A stretch of DNA of 63,274 bases, filler included, from Cercozoa sp. M6MM (Eukaryota; Protista; Endomyxa: Ascetosporea): NCBI GenBank assembly GCA_040357565.1. It is 11 parts of 11 records of this genome, joined end to end, with 100 filler letters (N's around TTAATTAATTAA, not from the genome) between each part and the next. Parts side by side here need not be neighbours in the genome. Positions count along the whole stretch, not along the records: positions 13,221 to 19,803 come from JBDODJ010000715.1; positions 19,904 to 23,573 come from JBDODJ010001360.1; positions 23,674 to 34,296 come from JBDODJ010000431.1; 8 more parts are not named here. One strand, 5' to 3'. Under the pieces are notes generated by a model that was not told the DNA's origin, ran no database searches, and was given only the letters and a program-made list of their open reading frames with translations. Of this stretch, positions 13,177-23,802 are shown piece after piece; position 1 is the first letter of the stretch; every line of letters starts with the position of its first letter. Position numbers and translations under genes: made by a program.

Positions 13177-13220
13177 NNNNNNNNNNNNNNNNNNNNNNNN
13201 NNNNNNNNNNNNNNNNNNNN

Positions 13221-13297
<77 letters not shown>

Positions 13298-13340
13298 AAG
13301 GTAGACAGACAGATAGATAGGTAGATAGAAAGGTAGATAG

Positions 13341-14174
13341 AAAGGGAGATAGAAAGGTAAACCGTCCACTCGACAGAGCCACAAGCCGCCCAGGCCGCCA
13401 CAGTGAGCCAGAATCGCGAGGCTGCCACCCACTGCACAAGACACGCGACCTCAGTTCAGTGCCCATATAGTACAGTACAGTACAGTCCAGAGAAAACATA
13501 CGTCAGATCCGAACAAGAGACGCAGGCGACGCATGTTATCGCCAGCAGCACCCACCTTGGACATCGTCTACAAAGCCAATAAAACATACACACACAGAAC
13601 AGTAGTTTAAAGATCTTACCAAAGTGTAGGCATTCGGCAGTTTGTTCAATAACTGAACAAACAAGATGACTCAATTCAGACAGATTGAATATTCACGTAC
13701 CGTCCAGTGTGACATCAGGTGCTGTGTCACACGCCAAAACTCCATCGTTTCCTGCAGCGTTGTCACGTGCAGAAACTGCGCTGCATCAAACGATGGCGAC
13801 AGCACCGAGTTGGCCTGAAACAGTCCAGAGAAAACAATCTAGGAAAACACCATCAGAATCACAAAAGAAGCCCGCAAACCTGGAAAGCGACGCTCCAAAC
13901 ATGACAAAGACCGACATTGTCTGCAACCGCACCGGCTTCCATGTTTAGACTTCTTGCGACGGATGCCGTGGGTTGTGTGAATGCTGTTGGAACAGTGCTG
14001 CTGGAACAGTGACGCTGACTGATGGAACACTTCTTCTGCGCGTCGGGCCTCTACGCCGTTTACGGTTGCTGCTGTTGTGTCCTCGGCACAGGAAATCGGA
14101 AACCTAATATTCTTTCCCTGCACACACGAAAAAGGAAAGCACGGTGAAAGAAGAAACGCAACACATGCGATCAT
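13341..14174 (-). CDS. Hypothetical multi-exon protein, 3'-partial
   Basis: Coding-like blocks bounded by AG/GT (DNVGLCHVWSVAFQ|ANSVLSPSFDAAQFLHV..., SKVGAAGDNMRRLRLLFGSD); divergent from the WIPI gene; no family recognised. Confidence 0.4.
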
Positions 14175-14530
14175 CTGTGATCGACACCAAAAGGCGCGAC
14201 CCAGTCAGCCGCATGCACGAAATTGAGGCTGGACTACCGCCTGAGGCTGTGGACGCAGGCGTGGGACTAAAAGCGACCTGTGGGGTCGTTTGGAGGTGAC
14301 GAGGCTACAAAACAGAAAAACAGTCACCACAGCACGCCCTTAACGACGTACAAAACTCAAAATTAAAAAGTTCAGTTTTCCTTAATCTGGACACCATGAG
14401 TACCGGAGAATCGGAGCCGGCTTCTCCAGTTTTGTGGTGCCCGATTCGTCCACAGAACGTACTCACAGCATCTCAGGTAGTGCGTGCAGCGCCTTGCGCC
14501 CGTACAGAGCGGCCTTGACGCGAGTTTGCG

Positions 14531-16372
14531 ATGTCGAGTTTTTCGGTGGATCCCGAGCAGTCACAGACCGAGCTTTTGTTTGCCGGTTTCAACCAGGACT
14601 TCGGGTACCTTGATTTGTACACACCTCCAGCGTTACAGCGTGCATGACTTGTTGTTTGTTAGTTGCTTTGCATGCGGCACTGACACCGGCTTCCGCATCT
14701 TCAACTGCGAACCTGTACCTCCGACCGTTTCCGAAATGCAGCGTGTCAGGGTGTGTATGCGGTGTTTGAGCAGTTCAAGAACACGTTCAGACGAGATTTT
14801 CCGGTACTTTATTTCTGCTGATGCCCTGTAAATAGTTGCATGCTTTGTTGGTATAGAATGGAGGCATTGGTCATGTTGAAATGCTGTTTCGGTGCAACAT
14901 TCTCGCTCTCGTTGGAGGCGGTGCCAATCCACGGTTTCCGCCCAATAAGGTACCTTGATAAGTTTGATTGGTGTTGTCTATCTTGTGAGAGGTGTTGCCA
15001 CGCGCATAGGTCATGATCTGGGACGATCAACAAGGCTGCGCCATTGGCGAGCTCTCCTTCCGAAAGGAGGTGAAAGCCGTGCGTCTGCGTCGCGACCGCG
15101 TCGTTGTCGTCCTCGAGGACAAAATCTACGTCTACAACTTTGCCGATCTGACTCTGCTGGACCACGTGCCCACCATCGCTAATCCATATGGGTACTTTTT
15201 CTCTCGGATGTCTTTGTTCGCGGTTGTTTAGTGACTTTCTCCAGGCTGTGTGCCTTGTGTCCGTACTCGCACAACAACGTTCTTGTCTGTCCTGGCCTGC
15301 AAAGAGGTCCCCTAAATTTGTCTTCGTTTGTGGGGTTCGTGTGTACCTGATTTCATGCACAGGTCACGTGCGAGTCGAATTGTACAATCAAAGACGCACA
15401 TCACTCATCACTGTACTTTTTGTATTTTTTTAGCTTGTTCAACTTCCTGTTGATCTGTTGTCTTGCTTTCTTTCAGGCACACGAAAGCAACCTCGCTTGT
15501 TTGGTACGGGGGCTTTATTAGCAGTGTGATTATATGTGCTTGTGTGCTTTAACAGGCTCTCAATTTCGATGGCACTCGACTCGCCACGGCGAGTGAGAAA
15601 GGCACACTTATTAGAATTTTCGATACTGAAAGCGGCGACTGTCTGCAAGAGCGTACACTTGTTGTTTTTTTGTTTGGCACTAAAAACAGAGACTATTTTG
15701 TTTTTATCAGTGAGAAGAGGCCTCGAAAATGCGCGAATCACTTCGCTCGCTTTCGACTCACAGTCACGCTTCCTGGCTTGCAGTTCCGACAGGTACAGCT
15801 TCTCAGTCTGCTCAAGAAAAGGATTTCTAGACCTGATCTAACCACAGAGGCACCGTGCACGTGTTTAAAACGTCTGCCAAAGTGAGACAATCAGCTTCGC
15901 TTCGGCCAGATTCGGAAGATGCATCTGTATCGTTTCTTTTTTTTTTGTATTTAATATGTGTCCGCCGGGATTCGTGCTTTCGTTGTTTAGCAACAAGAAG
16001 AGTCGAGAGGCAACACACGCCACTCATTAGGTACGAAGCAGTTGCCTTTGAGGGTTTCCAGATGCATTACGATTGGGCAGGTTTCATGCGATCGGTGCTC
16101 CCAAAATACTTCTCGAGCGAGTGGAGTTTCGCCCAGTTCCGAGTGCCGACTTCCAAAGTGCGTTTCTTCTCTCTGTGTGTGAGATGCAACTCATTGGAGT
16201 TCTGTGTGTTCAGTCGGTGGTTGCCTTTGCACCTGACAACAAGCTCGTCATTGTCACGAGCGACGGCGCTTTTTATAAGGTTTCGTTTGACCCCGTCGAC
16301 GGCGGAGAGTGCGAGTGCGATGAGTATGCCAGATTCATTGTCAAGGCAGACGAGGAACAACTCCAAGATTAG
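14531..16372 (+). CDS. WDR45B: PROPPIN autophagy protein, WIPI3/WDR45B (ATG18 family)
   Basis: [75 protein letters not shown], lipid-binding ELRRG (split by an intron), [14 protein letters not shown]; 13 introns. Confidence 0.95.
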
Positions 16373-16515
16373 CTTATTTCGTTTTACTTGCTTCCCTGCT
16401 TCTTTCGTCTACTTTCGTCCCCTTAATTAACTGATGCAGAACGAGCAGCACACTTAACTGAACCGCTTCTCCTGGTCAGAGGCAAATTAGCAGTTGTAGG
16501 AGTGTCATAGAGCAC

Positions 16516-18620
16516 ATGAGTGAGGCACTGGACAACGTAGCCGTCGTGGTTGACAACGTGCGCTTTGCTGTGATCGCTGCACCGATGTTTTTATTTTTTC
16601 TTACTTTTGTTGTTTTCTCACCGACGTGTTTTGCATGTTCTGGACCTGGTAGGGCTCATGTCTGGTCAAAGCCGGCGTTGCTGGTACGGACAAGGCGCAA
16701 GTTGTAAGTCTTCGCACATAGCTCTGAGGTGCAGTTAATGAAGTGTACTGACAGGTGGCACCGTCCCTTGTGGGAACCGCAAAGTACCCACAGGCAATGC
16801 TGAGTGCCGAACTTGCCGTGCAGGACGATACTTTGGTAGTCAATGGGTTGCTTCAAAAACTCAGACACAGTTGAAACGGTCTGTTGCAGTGCTGTGAGCG
16901 TGCGAGTGAAATGCGCGGCGTGTTGCGACTCCGGAGGCCGCTTCGCACTGGTGCTTTTCGCTTCGTGTTGTTCGCGTTTCCAGGATTGTTTTTTCGCGAG
17001 CAGGGGCGACCGTGGCCGACTGGAATGACTTGGAGAAAGTGTGGCGACATGTGTATGGCAGACTAGGTGCGTTGTTGATCATGGGTGTGTCTGTGTGTGC
17101 ATGTCGATACAAGTACCTCCCTGTGCGAGTACTCCCGTGTAAGTACCGCCCTGCGTCTGCAGGAGTGTCGGCACGTGAGCACCCGCTGCTGCTGGGCGAA
17201 ACGCCGCTGCGCTGCGACAACGAACGTTTGCGAACAGCAGAGGTGCGTTTCTGTCGGTGTGAGAACCTGCGCGCAGTGTTGACACGTGTGTGCACAGCTC
17301 GCCTTTGATGCGCTCGGTGTGCCGGCACTTCACATTGCTGCACAGGTATTTTCCGTATTTGTCCCGGTCAGTGTCTGGTCGTGGTATCTTGTATTTGTTG
17401 CTTGTAGCCGATCCTGTCATTGTACGCGAGTGGTCGCACGACAGGAGCCGTGCTGGACGTGGGTCACACCGTGTCGCACTGCGTGCCGATTTTTGAGGGT
17501 TTCGCCGTGCCGCACGCCGTCCAACGAGTCGATCTGGCAGGTAGTCCGGTCACACACAAGCTTGTTTATGTGTGAACAAGCTGGTTGCTAAGGTACTAGC
17601 AGTGTCAGTACCTGTGCATGTGTGACAGGTCAGGACGTGGACGAGGAACTGCGACGACTCTTGGCTCGCAGTGGGCACCGCTTCGACACGTCGGCCGAGC
17701 TCGAGGTTGTGCGGTAGCTGAGCCCTTTACCCCCTTCCACCCTTTACTCTTACCCCCTGCCTTAGTGCGATCAAGGAGGCCACATGCGTGGTGCCGGATG
17801 ACTTTGCCGCCGCCGAGAAACGACTGCAGGATCGTCTGCGGCAACAAATGCGTCCGCGTAGGAAGGTGTGTGCACCCTTAAGTCAGTACCCCCTTAACTA
17901 AGTACCCCAGTACCCCCTTAAGCAATATCGGTGCCCCCTTAAGCAATATCGGTGCCCCCTTAAGTATTCCTTGTATTTCCTGTATGTCTGGTAGACTCAT
18001 GCAGCGGCCGAGGCGACCAGTGCGGTGCCGGCGGCCTCCTTCCTGGGCGGCGACATCGAGACCACCTACCGTCTGCCGGACGGCAACAGTGTCACACTCG
18101 GCGCCGAGAGGTACCGTGCCACGCAGGTGCTCTTCGACCCCACCATCTGCGGCAAGGAACACTCGGGTATATCCATATACATAGCATTATATATAATGTA
18201 TATATTTATGTATATACGCAGATGTTATATATACAGGTGTTATATCTATACATACATATAATTAATAGATAGTTAAGACATATCTGATGTGTGTGCAAAG
18301 GCGTGCACCACCTGGTGACGGACGCAGTGACTCGGTGCGACCTCGACCTGCGACAGGCCTTGTACAACACCGTGGTGCTGGCTGGCGGCAGCACCTGTCT
18401 GTCCGGCTTCCCGCAGCGCCTGGGCCACGAGTTGCGTCAGCTGCTGCCGCGCGGCGTGGCCATCAAAGTCGTCGCTCCGCGCAACCGACAGCAGAGCGCC
18501 TGGATCGGCGGCAGCATCCTCGCCTCACTGGGCACCTTCCGCCGCATGTGGGTCACACGCCAGGACTTTGACGAATGCGGCGCCTCCATCTTTGCGCGCA
18601 AGGGCATCGGACTCATCTAA
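16516..18620 (+). CDS. ACTR1: Actin-related protein, closest to ARP1/centractin, divergent
   Basis: [72 protein letters not shown] (ARP1-type signatures). Confidence 0.8.
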
Positions 18621-19288
18621 CTGCGCTCAGCCTTTGCGGTTAGAGACGTCCTGGTTTTCTATCGAGTGCCTGCGCGCGGAGCTGCTCAATTTAGCCATAT
18701 AAGGTGACACGACTCTGGCACCTGCACTTTTGACTGAACCGGAATTTACCGTAACGTCACGGTGTCTCTAGCCTACCACAGATCTCGGCAAATGTTCAAG
18801 GATCTACGTACATAATGCAGCTAGACTAGGCCGACAATTGAAACTGAAGTTGTGACTTGGACAGTCGGGCACTTCTGCGCACAGTGCTCTAACCGCGAAC
18901 CAGACGTCGAGATGTTCTCTGGATTTAGTACCGCCTGTACAAGTAGATCTGCTAACTAACTGACAACTAGCACAGCCGCACACAGCAGCACACAACGCTA
19001 TCTGTAGCTCATTTAACTTCGCTAGTTACGATACAGGTCGGTGTCAATCCAGCGCTGGGCGCAGGACTCAAAAAGTAACAGTAATCCTACCGCGAGTTCG
19101 GTACTCTTGTTCGTTTTTCTTTCCTTCGGGGCCAACTCAACGCAAGGTGCTTCTGAACCCTCACTCACGTCAGTTAGATACATGCAAGTTTAGTTCAGTC
19201 TATCCTGAGGTGCGTGACACGCGCAAGGTCTGTGCTGCGCTGATCCCTAGTACAGTATCGAAAAACGGGCGACGTGCGCATGCTAGGA

Positions 19289-19757
19289 CTAATCATCGCC
19301 AGCACTGGAGGCAGGCTGAGCGCTTCGGTCAGAGTCCTCAAGTTCCGGGTCGAGCACGTCCATGTTGGGCTGCCAGATCTGCACGGCGTTGTCGTCGCCG
19401 ATACTGCAGAGCACGAGCGGTTCCAGCGGGTGCCACTGCGCTTCGTTCACTGCCGCGCCGTGGCCTGCATTCGGGGGGATAACAGGGGGGTAACAGGGGG
19501 GGGGGGATAACAGGGATAACAGGGGGGATAACAGGGGGGATAACAGGGGGGATAACAGGGGGGAAGATAGGGCTTAGAGGGGGTAGAACCAGCATGCACG
19601 AATACGAGCGACGGCGGCCCGTCGGCAGCGTCTTCGAGCGACTGCGCGGCGCCGATGCGCGCCGTGTCCCACAGCATGCACCGCCGGTCAGCTGCCGCCG
19701 AAGCGAACATTGTCGGCTCGTGCGGCGACCACTGCAGCGACGTTATGTCCCTGTCAC
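19289..19757 (-). CDS. RBBP4: Histone-binding WD40 protein RBBP4/MSI1, last exons only
   Basis: LQWSPHEPTMFASAAADRRCMLWDTARIGAAQSLEDAADGPPSLVFVHAG|H...NEAQWHP....LCSIGDDNAVQIWQ matches the RbAp46/48 C-terminus. Confidence 0.9.
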
Positions 19758-19903
19758 CCAGGGGTAAGTAGGCAGGTAAACACGGGGTCAAGTGGGGGTA
19801 AAGNNNNNNNNNNNNNNNNNNNNNNNNNNNNNNNNNNNNNNNNNNNNTTAATTAATTAANNNNNNNNNNNNNNNNNNNNNNNNNNNNNNNNNNNNNNNNN
19901 NNN

Positions 19904-20009
<106 letters not shown>

Positions 20010-20019
20010 NNNNNNNNNN

Positions 20020-20071
<52 letters not shown>

Positions 20072-20090
20072 ATACACACACACACATGTA

Positions 20091-21663
20091 GTCACCGATC
20101 ATTGAAGAGACCGACGCTCTCGAAAGCATCTCGATGGACCTTCCCGGAGACTTTGAGGTGCCTCTTATCTCTCCTTTGTCACACACACGCACACACACAC
20201 ACGCACACGCACACGCACACGCACACACACGTGTACAGCTGCGTGACTCGGCGGACGCGAGCGACTATGCCATCGGTTTCACAAGCGGTTTCTCGGGTCT
20301 GTCCACCGGCAACCAGCAGCGGCACTACCACACCAATGCCCACACTGCCTCTGGCGCCCCCGAAGGCATGTCGGACATCTACAACCCGCTGGGCAGCAAG
20401 ATGCTGCGCGCCGACACGAGCGACTACTTCCGCACCGAGATGATGCAGTCTGAGCCGCCGGCCTGGCAGTCCGAGCCGCTGCTGTCGCTGTCTGTCCCTG
20501 CAACCCAGCCGATCGACGAGTCCACCGGCGAGAAACGCTCGCGTCGCCCGACGCCTTCGCTGTCACCGTGCCAGCAGTCGCCGCCGCGCAAGAAGTGCCA
20601 CACGCAGACACTCGAGCCGGAGGCGCTCTCGCTTGGTAGACTCCGGCTTCCCTAGTTCTTAGACACCGATGTGTCGTATTGTTACTGTCTATGTCTGTGC
20701 TGCAGATGAGGTGCACCCGGAGGCGCAATCGCAAGTGCCGTCCGATGGCGCTGCTGTTGTTTCCGTACGCTTTGCCCTTATACCTGCATATATATACATA
20801 TAATATATGTATAAATGTATGTGTACAGGCACTAGCAGAGTCGACAGCGGCTGCAGGTGCCAGCACGGCTGAGCAGCGCAAGCAGCGAAAGCACCGCCGC
20901 AAGCAGGCCAACGTAGTACCCCTTCTACCTCTCCCCCATCCCCATCCCTGGTGCCTCTGTACGATCTGTATGCTGTGTGCTTGTTTGCCTCCATAGTGCC
21001 CCACTGCGACAGAGGTTGGTGCACTCACGGCTGGCCAGGTCGCCCAGGGCAAGGGTGCCATTACTCCTATGAACAGGTTGGCATCAGTATATGCACCTGC
21101 TGTGTCTTGATCTCGGTAGGCCCGCAGCAGCCGCCGCTGAAGAATCTCGAGCGTCGTCTGGTGCGCTCCTTCGAGGAATTGCCGGCGGGTCACCATGTCA
21201 CCTCCATCAACCGTCCCAATGCGTACCTCCTCTGCCTCTTCTCTGGTCCTATCACACCTATGTTGTGTACATGCATGTAGCGCCGTGGGTCGTCGCGAAC
21301 TCCAGTCCTGCCACATGTGCAAGACGAGTTTCACCCTGTACCCTATCTTGTTTCCGCTGTCCCTCTGAAGTGTGTCGATTCATCTGCGTGTCATCCGTTA
21401 CCACAGTGACAAGCTCGTGTACTGCTCCTCCAAGGTGAACAAGCCGCGTCGCAAGAACGCTGGTCCGGCGTGCCAGTACCGCTTCTGCTTCCGTTGCATG
21501 GAGAAGAACTCTGCCACCTACGGCCCGATTCCGCAGACCCAGTACACTCGCTTTCGTATACTGCTATGTGTCAGTCTTTAAACCTCCGCTCTCGTGTGTG
21601 TACAGTGACTGGTCGTGCCCGCGTTGCCGCAACCTCTGCAAGTGCGGCGCCTGCAATAAGTAA
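20091..21663 (+). CDS. Disordered protein with C-terminal zf-4CXXC_R1-type zinc finger, 5'-partial
   Basis: Spliced C-terminus SSCHMCK...VYC...CQYRFCFRCM...DWSCPRCRNLCKCGACNK*; basic NLS-like PPRKK and RKQRKHRRK. Confidence 0.8.
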
Positions 21664-22117
21664 ATGCTCTCTCTCGTGTTTGGCCCTGCGTCTGACCCTG
21701 CGTCGCACACAACGAGCAGTGCTCTTTCCTTTCGATTTATAACATGATTCCAAGTCAGTTCCGTTCCTAAGTACTACTTTCATCAATCCATCCTCCCTCG
21801 TGCTATATTGGCAAATCAGAAGACGGACGCAGTAGCGTTACGAGCGCCTGTTGAGAGTGGCAGCGTTGCAGTATCGTACAGCACAACAGCGGTCACAACG
21901 CTTTAAGCACGCTGGACATTTTTTGAAAACCAGAAACGCGCATGTTCAGCAAACACGCGTACTCAATACACTCCTAGCACTACATGCACACGTGTGATAA
22001 CACTGCTGAGTGAAAGCAACTAAAAAACCACCTGATCGGAGCGCCGAAATTTTCAAAACAGAAAAATCGCAACTACCGTTTCTTTGCCTTTGTCATAAGG
22101 AGGAATCACCGGCAAAC

Positions 22118-23028
22118 ATGTCGAAGCGTGGTACGTTGTGCTGCTGCGTTAGAACGCTGGAATCTGTTTTTTGCGCGTTTCGCCGAGTCGAGCGACACGG
22201 CCAGAAGCGCAGTGACTCACCACAGCACGAAGCAAAACAGTGATACGGCACGCGAGACTCAAACACAGCCTCGACTGAGAGGTTTGAGTTGTTCTGACAC
22301 CCCAGGGTGGAAGAGCATCTCGTTGGCAGTCTTTTGGTGTGTCTGGCATGCCCCAGTGCCATGCTGGTCAGACCCAGAATTCGAGTGCGCGCTGGCCGAT
22401 CGTGTCACTGTGCTGCTGCCGTGCTGGCGTTCATGTCATTGCGTTTGGCGTTCTGGGGCCATTTGTGTGCTCGCGTTTTTTGCCCAGAATTTTGGGTTGT
22501 TTTGGTTTGGTGCTGTTTTTGCTGTGTTTTCGTGATAGTTTTTGTGTGCTGCAGGACGTGGCGGCTGCCAGGGCAACAAGCTCAAGATCACCAAGGGTCT
22601 CGCCACGGCGTCGCTCATGAACTGTGCTGACAACTCGGGCGCCAAGAACCTGTACACTTTCATTCGTGCCTCAGTGATGATTTGAGCGGTTGTGTTGACC
22701 TTTGGTGGTGTGCAGGTTCATCATCGCCGTCAAGGGCATCCAGGGTCGCCTGAACCGCTACCCGAAGGCCGCCGTCGGTGACATGGTCATGTGCTCTGTC
22801 AAGAAGGGTAAGCCGGAGCTGCGCAAGAAGGTCATGCCGGCCATTGTCGTGCGTCAGCGCAAGGCTTTCCGCCGCAAGGACGGCATGTTCGTCTTCTTCG
22901 AGGACAACGCCGCCGTGCTCGTCGACATCAAGGGCCAGATGAAGGGCTCTGGTATCACCGGTCCCGTCGCCAAGGAGTGCGCCGACCTGTGGCCGGGTGT
23001 CTCGCGTGTCGCTTCCTCGATCCTGTAA
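22118..23028 (+). CDS. RPL23: 60S ribosomal protein uL14 (RPL23); introns 22131-22554 and ~22652-22715
   Basis: MSKR|[12 protein letters not shown]...[11 protein letters not shown]|[14 protein letters not shown]...[14 protein letters not shown]...FEDNA...[18 protein letters not shown]. Confidence 0.98.
22189..22473 (+). ncRNA. Candidate structured RNA element in RPL23 intron 1 (class unknown)
   Basis: Six properly nested complementary segments plus internal hairpins (details in findings); the intron is 424 nt versus the usual ~60-100 nt. Confidence 0.6.
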
Positions 23029-23673
23029 GTACGCCGACTCACGGACACTTGACGCACTGACAAAGACACACTTCCACCAAATTCGGACACAAGGTTGACA
23101 CCGTCCGCGCGAACACATACTCACCTGCTCGCCTGCGAAACACCCAGCTTCTCTCCGTTTGTTGATTAGCACGTGCGTCGCGTGCGCGCACCTCGTGTGT
23201 GGCCGCGACGTGTGCCGCCCTCTATTGGCAAACATTCCTCGTCCCATGGGCTTTCCTCTAGATAGTCAGTGCAGTTGTAGTCAGCTGAGCGGCAATTTGG
23301 AGCTGGTGCTCTGCGTGCGGGCTGCTGACTGAGGATAGCTCGTGAAATGTGGCTTCAGTTTTGTTTAATGCCTTGGTCCTCATCAAAATTGTTGTATTAT
23401 TTGCGTGTAAAAACAACACTGTGACAATCCTGGGGCAGGCACGCGCTTGCTTCATGTTTCTAGTTCGGTTTATAATGCTGTACAGCGCTGTGCGCGAGAT
23501 GTCAGTTGGAGCCGCACTAAAGGGTGCTTATCAACATACTCGAGTTTTAGAGCGGGGGGGAACCCGGGGGGGGNNNNNNNNNNNNNNNNNNNNNNNNNNN
23601 NNNNNNNNNNNNNNNNNTTAATTAATTAANNNNNNNNNNNNNNNNNNNNNNNNNNNNNNNNNNNNNNNNNNNN

Positions 23674-23766
<93 letters not shown>

Positions 23767-23802
23767 CCACTCCTAAAACAACGATGCACAGGAAGTAGCA
23801 GG

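Noticed and set aside
13121-13220. Recurrent palindrome TTAATTAATTAA as a biological element
   Set aside because: Always embedded in identical N44 padding: a six-frame-stop concatenation linker. Adjacency across linkers carries no meaning.
17920-17965. CRISPR-like or introner-like repeats
   Set aside because: Adjacent tandem units without spacers; introns share only low-complexity motifs, with no full-length similarity, TIRs or TSDs.
19030-19115. tRNA-like stretch (AGGACTCAAA...ATCCT, GAGTTCGGTACTC)
   Set aside because: No convincing acceptor or D stem and an imperfect T stem; needs tRNAscan-SE.
22652-22715. C-box GTGATGA in RPL23 intron 2
   Set aside because: No downstream CTGA D box and the intron is only ~64 nt.
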